45,391 nucleotides of DNA from Candidatus Dormiibacterota bacterium (GTDB lineage: Bacteria; Chloroflexota; Dormibacteria; Dormibacterales; Dormibacteraceae), in assembly GCA_036569865.1 (NCBI GenBank), contig DATCPW010000187.1, forward strand, positions 1-45,391, given 5' to 3'. The notes beneath the pieces are model-generated. The model searched no databases, was not told the DNA's origin, and saw nothing but the letters and a program-made list of their open reading frames with translations. The position numbers were made by a program, and so were the translations under genes. Position 1 is the stretch's first letter; every line of letters begins with the position of its first letter. This document shows, piece by piece, positions 7,703 through 16,287 of this stretch.

Positions 7703-7744
7703 GGCGTACCTCTGGAACTCTAGGCGACGATTCAGATTCGAATT

Positions 7745-7765
7745 TGGCTCCGGAGCAGGGATTCG
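7745..7765 (-). repeat. att-like direct repeat copy 3 (short core; a diverged flank may reach about 7882)
   Basis: tggctccggagcagggattcg is identical to copies 1 and 2 for 21 nt and then diverges. ggcgttgct recurs at 7874-7882, at the same offset as in copy 2. The low-side flank ttcagattcgaattt matches ttcaaattcgaaatt of copy 2. Confidence 0.55.
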
Positions 7766-8068
7766 CTTGGCTTCGTTACTGTGGCTCGTTGCGATCCGTC
7801 GAGTACGACGCGGATGAGCGAGTAGAGCATCGAGGCCATCACGACGGCCGCAGATCGTAACCGGTCCTTCGTTGGCGTTGCTCATTGGCCTATTGAGAGT
7901 TCGACTTCGAACTCGACGGACTTTGTGTACCCCATAGGCAAGTTGAGGCAGCAGGTCGGCAAGGCCAAGCGCACCGGCCGTGACGTCAAAGAGGACGTAC
8001 GTAACGAGGCCAATCGAAGCCGGACCTCACGCTAGGGAAAGAATCATCGCCTCGAAAATCAAGCAGCT

Positions 8069-9511
8069 TCAACTCAGCGGGCCGTGCGGGACCAGGGTCA
8101 CGATCAAGAGCAGAGCCGCGATCGCCATGCCGATTGTCGCGATCCAGACAAGGGAGGCGCTGATCCGACCGCTAACCCGCCTCTGCATGACCTTCTTATC
8201 CGAGCCGAGGAGCGCGATCAGGATCATCAGCGGCGGCGCGACGACGCCGTTGATGACCGCGGTGTAGAAGAGGGCGCTGATCACATTGACGTGGAACAAG
8301 TTCAAGGCCACGCCGGCAGCGGTCGCTATAACGATCACCCCGTAGAAGGTGGGCCGATATTTGGGTTTCTCGGCGAGCGTCCCTTTAACGCCAGCGAACT
8401 CGGCCAGAGCGTAGGCTGCAGAACCCGAAAGGACGGGGATCGCCAGGAGGCCTGTTCCGATGAGCCCGGCCGCGAAAAGGACGAAGGCGAAGGAGCCGGC
8501 CAGGGGCTGTAGCGCCTTAGCTGCCTGGTCTGGCGTCATGACCGCCGTCGTGCCGTGGGCATTGAAGGCCGCGGCGGTGACCATGATGATCGAGTACATC
8601 ACCAACTGCGAGAACGCCATCCCGACGAAAACGTCGATCCGCGCTGCATGCAGCTCAGATCGCGTGACCCCCTTTCGCTCGCGCTCGGTTAGCTGGCCTG
8701 CAGCACGCATCTCATCTACCTCAGACGACGCCTGCCAGAAGAAGAGGTATGGCGAGATGGTCGTGCCCAGGATCGCAACGATGGTCGTGATGAACGCCTT
8801 GTTGAGTTCCAGGTGGGGAACAAAGGTAGCGATCAGCACCTTCTCGGCCGGCGCATGGACAAGGAAAGCGGTGATCACATATGCGAAAAGCGCGAGGGTG
8901 AGCCACTTGAAGGCCGTGAATATGACCCGATAGGTGGCAAAGAGCTGGAGCCCCACGATCAGGGCGGCCGCCGGCACCACCAGCCAGATCGGCGCGATAG
9001 CCCCCCGCGTCAGCAGCGAGCCACCTGCCGCGACGGCGCCTAGGTCAGCGCCGATATTGATGGTGTTCGCGACCAGCATGAAGAGGATGCACGAGCCGAC
9101 CAGCCAGGCCGGGAACTTGCGGCGAAGGCTGAGTCCGAGCCCGACACCCGTTTGCAGCGCGATTCGCGCACTGAGCTCCTGCATCGCGACCATGAGTGGG
9201 AGAGTGAACAGCGCCGTCCAGAGGACCCCGTAGCCAAACTGGGCGCCGGCCTGCGAGTAGGTGCCGATGCCGCTCGGGTCGTCATCACTCGCCCCGGTGA
9301 TGAGGCCTGGCCCCAGGATCTGCAGGAAACCCTTGAGGCCCAACCGCCGGGCGGCGCCAACGCCCGTCTCCGGGGCGGCCGGACCGCCGGTGGCCGCCAC
9401 CTCATTGGCCTCAGGCGGCGCTTTGAGGAGCTCGTTTTCCGGCGGCTCGACATCTGGCCCGAGCTTTATGCGCTGGAGAGCCGGGTCGTCGATGTCGCGT
9501 TCGGGTCCCAA
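8069..9511 (-). CDS. NRAMP-family transporter paralog with a non-canonical metal site (480 aa, TTG start)
   Basis: TM1 GPGLITGASDDDPSGIGTYSQAGAQFGYGVLW (DPSG in place of DPGN). TM6 ILGTTISPYLFFWQASS (ISPY in place of IMPH). Confidence 0.85.
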   Translation of the reverse strand: MGPERDIDDPALQRIKLGPDVEPPENELLKAPPEANEVAATGGPAAPETGVGAARRLGLKGFLQILGPGLITGASDDDPSGIGTYSQAGAQFGYGVLWTALFTLPLMVAMQELSARIALQTGVGLGLSLRRKFPAWLVGSCILFMLVANTINIGADLGAVAAGGSLLTRGAIAPIWLVVPAAALIVGLQLFATYRVIFTAFKWLTLALFAYVITAFLVHAPAEKVLIATFVPHLELNKAFITTIVAILGTTISPYLFFWQASSEVDEMRAAGQLTERERKGVTRSELHAARIDVFVGMAFSQLVMYSIIMVTAAAFNAHGTTAVMTPDQAAKALQPLAGSFAFVLFAAGLIGTGLLAIPVLSGSAAYALAEFAGVKGTLAEKPKYRPTFYGVIVIATAAGVALNLFHVNVISALFYTAVINGVVAPPLMILIALLGSDKKVMQRRVSGRISASLVWIATIGMAIAALLLIVTLVPHGPLS

Positions 9512-9624
9512 CGGGCGCTATTCTCCGGATTTATACCCCTGCGCGCTATCCGGTTGGTGCGGCCACTTTGTCTCCTCTCCCAACGACTTCCTGGCAGAAT
9601 TCCGCAATCGGAGTATCCCGGCCC

Positions 9625-10209
9625 CTACCTCCGGACCAGGTCCAGGAACTCGGCACGCAGGGCGGCATTCTCACGAAATCCGCCGAGAAGGCATGAGGTT
9701 ACCGTTTCGCTCTCCGCCTTTTCAACGCCGCGCATCTCCACACATAGGTGCCGCGCTTCCATCACAACGGCAACACCTCGTGGCCGCAATACACGATCGA
9801 TCGCTTCTGCAATCTGGCGGGTGAGCCTCTCCTGTAGCTGGAGGCGATGTGTGAACACGTCAATCAATCTTGGTAGCTTGCTAAGGCCGATCACCTTGCC
9901 CGCGGGGAGGTAGCCGATGTGGCAACGTCCGAAGAACGGTAGGAGATGGTGCTCGCATAGGGTGTAGAAGGGGATGTCGCGGACGGTCACCAGGTCGTCG
10001 CCCTCATGCTCGTACAGAGCGCTGCCGACGACTTGCCTTGGATCGGCGCCATAGCCTTCCGTCAGGTATGTAAGCGATTCGGCTACACGCCTCGGGGTGT
10101 CAACAAGTCCCTCGCGCTCGGTATCCTCACCGAGCGTCGCCAGCATCGTCCGCGCAAGGGTCTCCAACTCCTCGACAGGAAGGCCACGTGCCGGTTGGGT
10201 GATGCTCAT
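9625..10209 (-). CDS. folE: GTP cyclohydrolase I (194 aa from the internal ATG)
   Basis: REGLVDTPRRVAESL...CEHHLLPFFGRCHIGYLP...QLQERLT motifs. The ATG at 10209 overlaps the upstream stop (ATGA). The longer N-terminal extension in the ORF track was rejected. Confidence 0.85.
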   Translation of the reverse strand: MSITQPARGLPVEELETLARTMLATLGEDTEREGLVDTPRRVAESLTYLTEGYGADPRQVVGSALYEHEGDDLVTVRDIPFYTLCEHHLLPFFGRCHIGYLPAGKVIGLSKLPRLIDVFTHRLQLQERLTRQIAEAIDRVLRPRGVAVVMEARHLCVEMRGVEKAESETVTSCLLGGFRENAALRAEFLDLVRR

Positions 10210-10619
10210 TCGCAGTTGATCTCCGCAGCGTTGTTCTCCGACTCGGTCAAGCGCAGCCGCACCAGCCGCGCGGGCGCGAAGTGAGGCGAAAGCATCGTGA
10301 AGGCCGTGATCGCAATGTTCTCCGCCGTCGGCACCACCCCGCGAAGACACTCCACGTCTCGGTTGAGATGCTTGTGGTCGACCAAGTCGATGAACTCGCG
10401 TCTAAGGATACGATCCACGTCTTTCAAGTTGGCGACCATCCCAGTCTCGGGATCGATCGTGCCGGCGACAGTCACTTCGACCACGTAGTTGTGGCCATGA
10501 TCGCTTGAACAGAGGCCGAAGACCTCCTGATTGCGAGCCTCGCTCCATTCAGGACGACAAAGGACATGCGCCGCCGCAAAGGTCGCCCGGCGTGTAATTC
10601 GAACCGTAGTACTGGTCAT
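10206..10619 (-). CDS. 6-pyruvoyl-tetrahydropterin synthase / QueD-family protein (137 aa)
   Basis: TFAAAH...CSSDHGHNYVVEV (CxxxHGH motif)...ENNAAE. The start was chosen at MTSTTVRI; the 283-aa track ORF is a shadow extension. Confidence 0.8.
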   Translation of the reverse strand: MTSTTVRITRRATFAAAHVLCRPEWSEARNQEVFGLCSSDHGHNYVVEVTVAGTIDPETGMVANLKDVDRILRREFIDLVDHKHLNRDVECLRGVVPTAENIAITAFTMLSPHFAPARLVRLRLTESENNAAEINCE

Positions 10620-10696
10620 CGAGCCAACTCCCCTGGTAAAACGCCGTCCCCAGCCATTGCCCTCGCCCGCGACGTTACCCAGTAAACGCCTGCTAA

Positions 10697-11332
10697 TCAA
10701 ATAGCATGATCGGTAGGATCGAGCCGCAGGTTGGCGCCCGACAACGGTGCCGATTCGGGGGAAGCCAGCCACGCAATGATCCGGGCGACCTCCGCCGGCT
10801 GTAATTGGGGACCTTCCACGCCTGCGACGCGGAGCATCGGCGCGTCGATCGCACCCGGGCTGATCGCGTTCACCCGGATGCCGTGCGGTCGCCCTTCGGC
10901 CGCCAGTGCTTCGGTGAGCCCCGCGAGCCCTGATTTTGCCGCTACGTAACCGGCCATGCCGGCGAACTTCTCCGCGCCGGCAACGCCCGAGAGGCTCGAG
11001 ACCATGACGATCGATCCGCCCCGCTCCCGCATCAGCCGAAACGCCTCGCGGCTGCACAGGAAGGCGCCGCGGAGACCCGCATCAAGCTGTGCGTCCCAAT
11101 CCGCCGCGGTCATTTCCAGGATCGGTCGCTTGATGAGCTGAGCCGCGCAATTGACCAGCGCGTCAAGGCGTTCAATCCGGCCGAAGGCCACTTGGACCTG
11201 TGCTTCGTCCGAAACATCGCAGCCTTCGCGACGGCTGAGCGAACTGACCTCCCAGCCGCGCCCCGCTAGTTCAGCTACGACCGCCCGACCGAGGCCGCCC
11301 GAACCGCCAGTGACGACTGCGGTTGGACTCAC
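10697..11332 (-). CDS. Short-chain dehydrogenase/reductase (211 aa), candidate sepiapterin/pteridine reductase
   Basis: TGGSGGLG cofactor motif and catalytic YVAAK. The role is inferred from context only. Confidence 0.7.
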   Translation of the reverse strand: MSPTAVVTGGSGGLGRAVVAELAGRGWEVSSLSRREGCDVSDEAQVQVAFGRIERLDALVNCAAQLIKRPILEMTAADWDAQLDAGLRGAFLCSREAFRLMRERGGSIVMVSSLSGVAGAEKFAGMAGYVAAKSGLAGLTEALAAEGRPHGIRVNAISPGAIDAPMLRVAGVEGPQLQPAEVARIIAWLASPESAPLSGANLRLDPTDHAI

Positions 11333-12357
11333 CGAGCGACCTCGCTCATCGCGGCCTCATATCCGTTCAGCATGCCTTCCAAGCCAAGGCGTCGTTGTGC
11401 GCTCGCTCTGACCTCCTTGCGGTCAAGCGCCAGACATTTGACGATCGCGCGGGCAAGATCCTCGACGTCGTCCGGCGCGGCGAGGAAGCCGCTCACGCCT
11501 TCCTCCACGACCTCAGGCAGAGCTCCGCGTCGGTATGCGGCAACCGGACAGCCCGCCATCTGCGCCTCGGCCGCCACCATTCCAAAGGGTTCCTCCCAAC
11601 GGATCGCGCAAACGGTCACCGCGCTGCGCGCCATCACCCGACGTAAGTCGTCTCGTGGGATGGAGCCGAGGACCTCGACGCCGGCGAGATCGACCACATA
11701 GTCGGGATGGTAGAGCGATCCGGCAATGCGACTGGGCAGACTCGCCATGCGCGCTGCCATCAGAGCATGATCCACACCCTTCTCCGGAGAGATTCGCCCG
11801 GCGATCAAAGCGACCTCTTCGACAGGTTCGCCATTGACAGACAGATCCGAGACACCGTTGCGAATCACCCGGCCGACTTGCGCGCCGGCAGCTTCCCACT
11901 CCCGCCAGCACGACTGCGAAACCGTCGCCAGCCGTTTTGCCGGAATCAGCTGAACAGCGGCGACGACGGCAGGCGTGATCGGAGGCAGGTGCAACGTATG
12001 CAGCGCCGGAAGCATTTCCGCCAGCTCGAAGGCGGGCGCGTCGAAGGCGTGCTGGCTGACGACATCCGGCCGGCTGTTCGCAATGCGGCGGAACATGGTC
12101 GTGATCGCTGCGGTTACACCCGGGCTGGGCACGGCTTGAGCGCCACCCGGCATCACCAGTGCCCGAAGTGCGTCTGGAGGAGTCGGCACCATACGTAGCT
12201 CGACACCCGCCACCTCCGAGCCCTCGGCACAGTACAGTTGCACACTGTGGCCACGTCGGACCAGCCCGACCGCCAGATCGCAAATCACAGACTGAGCGCC
12301 GCCCACCTGGGCAGGGCGCAACGGGGTCACCGGCGATGCGACGACGGCGATTCTCAC
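11329..12357 (-). CDS. GT-B (group 1 / GT4-like) glycosyltransferase
   Basis: VRIAVVASP...GGAQSVICDLAVGL at the N-terminus and EPFGMVAAEAQMAGCPVAA at the C-terminus. GTG at 12357 is preferred over the track start at 12462, which would overlap the divergent gene. Confidence 0.7.
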   Translation of the reverse strand: MRIAVVASPVTPLRPAQVGGAQSVICDLAVGLVRRGHSVQLYCAEGSEVAGVELRMVPTPPDALRALVMPGGAQAVPSPGVTAAITTMFRRIANSRPDVVSQHAFDAPAFELAEMLPALHTLHLPPITPAVVAAVQLIPAKRLATVSQSCWREWEAAGAQVGRVIRNGVSDLSVNGEPVEEVALIAGRISPEKGVDHALMAARMASLPSRIAGSLYHPDYVVDLAGVEVLGSIPRDDLRRVMARSAVTVCAIRWEEPFGMVAAEAQMAGCPVAAYRRGALPEVVEEGVSGFLAAPDDVEDLARAIVKCLALDRKEVRASAQRRLGLEGMLNGYEAAMSEVAR

Positions 12358-12431
12358 GGGATGTGCCCCACGCGCTGCGTGTAGATCGGGCCGGCCAGCA
12401 GCATCTCGACCTAGTCTGATCGGAGATAGGA

Positions 12432-13142
12432 ATGGAATACGAGCGTGCTGTCGAGACCGCACCGCCCGGGTGGCGGCACTTCACAATCTCCGACCTTGGT
12501 CGACTGCCGGCCTGGGTGCGCGACCACGAGCTGGCGCGAGTCCCTGCTGCCGAGCGCAACCTACTAGCAGCTGGCGATCGGGAAGGCGGCGAGAGAGTCC
12601 TTCGGGCGTTCTTCTGGCCCCTCGTGTACCACCTCGAACCAGAAAGGTGGAACGCACTAGCCCTCGCCGAACCAATCCACCCAGACTTGATTGCTGCATT
12701 ACCGACGGCGCCGGGTCGAGTGCTGGAAATAGGCGCAGGCAGCGGGCGGCTGACCGCTCACCTGGCGGAGCGATGCGCGTCCGTGATCGCTATCGAGCCC
12801 TCCGCTGGACTTAGGAGGTTGCTTCGAAGGCGCTTGGCCGACGTCCATGTCGTAGCGGCGTGGGCTGAGGCGCTGCCGCTCCGGGACGGTTGGTCTCAGC
12901 TCACAGCAGCTTGTGGATCGCTGGGCCCTGACGCGACAGTGCTGCATGAGCTCGAACGCGTGACAGGGAGCGGCGGGGAGATCGTGCTCATCAGCCCCGA
13001 GCGCCCGGACTGGTTCGAGGCCAATGGTTGGCGCTGCCTGTCCTTTGACCCGCTGCCAGCCCCTCCACACGAAGACTGGATCGACAGCTTCTTCGGCGCC
13101 CTTGATCCACCACACGAATTGGTGTCAAGGACGATCACATGA
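12432..13142 (+). CDS. Class I SAM-dependent methyltransferase (236 aa)
   Basis: VLEIGAGSGRLTAHLAERCASVIAIEPS is motif I/II. Confidence 0.7.
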   Translation: MEYERAVETAPPGWRHFTISDLGRLPAWVRDHELARVPAAERNLLAAGDREGGERVLRAFFWPLVYHLEPERWNALALAEPIHPDLIAALPTAPGRVLEIGAGSGRLTAHLAERCASVIAIEPSAGLRRLLRRRLADVHVVAAWAEALPLRDGWSQLTAACGSLGPDATVLHELERVTGSGGEIVLISPERPDWFEANGWRCLSFDPLPAPPHEDWIDSFFGALDPPHELVSRTIT

Positions 13143-13143
13143 T

Positions 13144-14385
13144 TTATAAGGACTCGAGATTTACTTTTTCATCCGCGAGTAGCGTCGGTGATGGCCGCGC
13201 GCCTTTTGCGATCAGCCGACCCGCCTTCGCCAGGTCGCCGTCCTTGTCCTTCTCCGGGTCGCCACCGCGGTTGAGTCCGACGGCCGCCAGCAGCTTGCCG
13301 GCCTGCAGATAAAAGCCGACGAACTTGCGCTCGTCAAGGGACCCCCTGACCACGAAGCGATCCCACTTCCGGGCATGACCGACGTATTCGAGCTTGTGCT
13401 CGAACTGGTCGCTCCAGAAACTATGCATGTAGCGGTATGCGGCTCGCGAGCCAAGCATCGATCTTGCCGCCGCCACAGCCTGTTTCTCGGCGTTGTTGTA
13501 GTGCTCGACCCTCACGCGACCGAAGATCGGATGAAGGTGATTGGCCACGTCCCCGGCAGCGAAGATGCCGGCCACATTGGTGCGGCAGGTTGCATCGACC
13601 AGGATCCCGTCCCTGGTTGCAACACCCGAGCCCCTGACCACTTCGACATTTGGTTCGATCCCGACCGCCACAACCACGAGGTCGCACGCAAGCCGCCGAC
13701 CCTTTTTCGTGACGGCTCGCTCGACCCGCAACGAGCCCTCGAATCGGACCACTTCGTCCTTGGCCACGAGCTCGATTCCAGCCACGCGGTGGATCGCGCC
13801 AAAGACGCCGCCCACTTCGGGACCCAGAACCTCGTCGAGCGGTGCCTTCCCGCGCATGACTGAGGTCACCTTCAAGCCAAGCTGGCGCAAAGAGGCTGCC
13901 ACCTCCGAACCGATGAAACCCGACCCCACGACAAGAGCGTGAGCGCCAGGTTTGGCTGCCCGTTTGATCGCATCGCATTCGGCAATCGTCCGGAGCTGAT
14001 GAATGCCCGGAAGATGTGCGCCTGGGACGTCAAAGCGTCGGTTTCGGCCGCCGGTGGCGAGCAGCAACTGTTCATAACCGATCGCATCGCCCGACTCCAA
14101 TTTCACCTGCTTGGCAGCAGGGTCTACGCCTGAAACCTTCGCTGGCACGAGTTGAATTTGATGCGCTTTGTACCAGTCGAGCGGTGCGACCATCCAGCCC
14201 GAAAGGTCCTCTTCTCCACGCAGGTAACCCTTGGTCAGAGGTGGTCGTCCAAATGGGAAGCTGGGCTCCTCCCCGAGTATCAACAATTCATCGGCGTAAC
14301 CCTGTTTCCGCAATGTCTTGGCCGCGGTACCTCCAGTCAAACCCGCGCCGACTATCACAATCGGACCGCGTACCCGCTTAGGCAT
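13144..14385 (-). CDS. FAD/NAD(P)-dependent oxidoreductase of the ferredoxin-reductase type
   Basis: IVIVGAGLTGG, LVVGSGFIGSEVA and AAGDVA motifs. The ATG at 14385 (MPKRVRGPIV) lies just after the upstream stop. Confidence 0.75.
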   Translation of the reverse strand: MPKRVRGPIVIVGAGLTGGTAAKTLRKQGYADELLILGEEPSFPFGRPPLTKGYLRGEEDLSGWMVAPLDWYKAHQIQLVPAKVSGVDPAAKQVKLESGDAIGYEQLLLATGGRNRRFDVPGAHLPGIHQLRTIAECDAIKRAAKPGAHALVVGSGFIGSEVAASLRQLGLKVTSVMRGKAPLDEVLGPEVGGVFGAIHRVAGIELVAKDEVVRFEGSLRVERAVTKKGRRLACDLVVVAVGIEPNVEVVRGSGVATRDGILVDATCRTNVAGIFAAGDVANHLHPIFGRVRVEHYNNAEKQAVAAARSMLGSRAAYRYMHSFWSDQFEHKLEYVGHARKWDRFVVRGSLDERKFVGFYLQAGKLLAAVGLNRGGDPEKDKDGDLAKAGRLIAKGARPSPTLLADEKVNLESL

Positions 14386-16108
14386 TGAGCACTTTTTGCA
14401 CCTCCAGAACAGCATGGACTAGGCCCGCCTGGCTCAAGGCCAGTGGGTAATTGCCCAAATAGGTGCCAGTCGCTGGGTCTATCTCTTCGGGCAGTAAGAG
14501 GAGTTCATTGGCAAGATTCAGAACCTGTTCGAAGAGACGCAACCCCTCATCGACCCGGCCCAGCCGGAGCAAGGCCTCCAGCAACCAGAACGAGCAGGGC
14601 AGGAATGCCCCCTCTTTGCCAGGCAGCGCGTCCTGGCCGGGCGGATACCGGTAGACAAGTGGTCCGCCAGCCCCCAGTTCCTTCCAGATTGCGTCCACAG
14701 TCCCCCCAACGCGTCGGGGGTCATCGTCGAAGCCGGTGAGCGGCAGAAGAAGGAGGGCACTGTCCATCTCACTCGAACCGTAAGCCCTGACGTAACTTCC
14801 GAGGTCCTTACTGAACCCATGGGTCCGAATGTCATCAACGATCAAATCGCGCTCGCGCTCCCAAGCTCCGGCCCTGCGGCGATTCATTCGAAGTGCCTTC
14901 GCCGTTCGTGCAGCTCGGTCGAGTGCAATCCAGGCCCACAACTTCGAATGTACATAGTGGGTCGGCGTATCGCGAACCTCCCACAGGCCGGAGTCAGGCT
15001 GATGCCAATTGGAGGCCACCCAGTCCGCATAGTTACCGAGCGCCTGGCGTCCTTTGATGCTGAGCTTTCGGTCGACTTTCACCAGGTTCCACACAGCGTC
15101 GACCACCCAGCCATAGACGTCGAGTTGGTGCTGGTCAGCAGCTAAGTTGCCGACCCGGACCGGCCGGCTGCCCAAATAGCCTGCGACGCCACGAAGTTTC
15201 CGTTCACGCTTCGCCTCGTTCCCGTCGAGGTCGTACAACACTCGAATCGGATCAGAGCCAGTGCATGCGCGGGACACCAGCCACTTCACAAATTCGCGCG
15301 CCTCTTTGTACTTTCCAACGGCCAGAAAGGCGGCCACACCGACGCTGGCGTCGCGCGGCCAAGACAACCGGTAGTCCCAATTCCGGCCGCCGCCAATTAT
15401 CTCGGGGAGTGAGGTCGTAGGGGCGGCAACGGGGGCTCCCGTAGGCGTGTAGGTGAGGAGGCGCAGATTGATAAGGCTTCGGACCAGGACGTCGCGATAT
15501 TGCTTACCCGAGCGAATCTCATCACTCCAGTCCCGCCACCACTGGTCGGTGTCATTGATGAGCTGGGCAGCCTGAGCTGCCGAAACAGGATCGTCGCGAT
15601 CCGACAGAACGGTCATCAACGCCTGTCCTCGAGCCAGTTCAAATTCGGTCGGTCTGCCCGGGCGAACCCGGAGCTCAGGATCGGTCAGAAGGACCAGTGG
15701 GGAACCTTTACTGGTCTTCCCGGGCAGACCGGGTCGCGGATCGTAGACCAGCCGTCCGGCCACGTTGCCCTTTTCGCAAGTGAGGCGCCGGACCAGCACT
15801 GACCCTTTCCGTCCCATCGCCATGACTTCAACCAGCGTCGCCTCGCCCCCGCGGGCTTTCCAGGTTGTTTCTAGGATCGCTGAACGATCGCGGTAGCGGC
15901 GCGCCGTGCGAGTCGAGCCCAATACTGAAATTTCGAAGCATCCGCCGTGTTTGGGATCGATAAGGCGACCGAATATCGGTTGCGAGTCGAAACGCGGCCA
16001 GCACATCCAATCAATAGAGCCCGCCGACGAAGTCAAAGCAGCCGTGCGTGTGTCGCCGAGCAGGCCGTATTCGCGAATCGGCAGAGGAATCCACGGCCGG
16101 CCAGCCAC
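14378..16108 (-). CDS. Glycoside hydrolase family 15 (glucoamylase/trehalase-like, 576 aa)
   Basis: N-terminus IREYGLLGDTRTAALTSSAGSIDWMCWPRFDS and an (alpha/alpha)6-type C-terminal region with WDYRLSWPRDAS. Confidence 0.75.
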   Translation of the reverse strand: MAGRPWIPLPIREYGLLGDTRTAALTSSAGSIDWMCWPRFDSQPIFGRLIDPKHGGCFEISVLGSTRTARRYRDRSAILETTWKARGGEATLVEVMAMGRKGSVLVRRLTCEKGNVAGRLVYDPRPGLPGKTSKGSPLVLLTDPELRVRPGRPTEFELARGQALMTVLSDRDDPVSAAQAAQLINDTDQWWRDWSDEIRSGKQYRDVLVRSLINLRLLTYTPTGAPVAAPTTSLPEIIGGGRNWDYRLSWPRDASVGVAAFLAVGKYKEAREFVKWLVSRACTGSDPIRVLYDLDGNEAKRERKLRGVAGYLGSRPVRVGNLAADQHQLDVYGWVVDAVWNLVKVDRKLSIKGRQALGNYADWVASNWHQPDSGLWEVRDTPTHYVHSKLWAWIALDRAARTAKALRMNRRRAGAWERERDLIVDDIRTHGFSKDLGSYVRAYGSSEMDSALLLLPLTGFDDDPRRVGGTVDAIWKELGAGGPLVYRYPPGQDALPGKEGAFLPCSFWLLEALLRLGRVDEGLRLFEQVLNLANELLLLPEEIDPATGTYLGNYPLALSQAGLVHAVLEVQKVLNA

Positions 16109-16197
16109 CGCAAACTAGAGTAAGTCAGATGAGGGAACAGTCGAGTCGCTCTTGCCGGACGTCGAGCGCACGCAAATGCGTATTCAAATCGGGATTC

Positions 16198-16245
16198 TGG
16201 AGCCGCGATGGGGATCGAACCTACGTAACCAGCTTGGAAAGCTTA
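16198..16245 (-). pseudogene. tRNA-Gly(UCC)-like 3' fragment
   Basis: The reverse complement reads taagc-TTTCCAA-gctgg-ttac-GTAGGTTCGATCCCCAT-CGCGGCT-CCA. The anticodon and T stems carry mismatches. No complementary 5' acceptor (gccgcga) or D-arm is found upstream. Confidence 0.45.
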
Positions 16246-16287
16246 GGTATAACTACTTTCGTGGTTCAGCTTCGGTAGCTGCATAGC

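Larger units (their letters stand above)
2820..7765 (-). mobile_element. Tandem array of decayed integrative-element remnants without an integrase, bounded by tRNA-Asn-like 3' fragments
   Basis: Four co-oriented copies of the same tRNA-3'-half-derived sequence (2820, 3399, 6104, 7745). GC drops visibly, for example at 7500-7560. Cargo is accessory-type (TA system, orphan genes, truncated regulator). Confidence 0.45.

Noticed and set aside
7897-7914. The perfect palindrome GAGTTCGA-ct-TCGAACTC downstream of the second NRAMP gene, considered as a terminator.
   Set aside because: A 2-nt spacer cannot form a stable loop, and it lies about 155 nt from the stop with no U-tract. It may be a protein-binding site inside the diverged repeat flank, but nothing else supports this.
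16198-16272. Possible intact tRNA-Gly(UCC).
   Set aside because: No 5' acceptor strand (gccgcga) or foldable D-arm is present, and both the anticodon and T stems carry mismatches. It is treated as a fragment.
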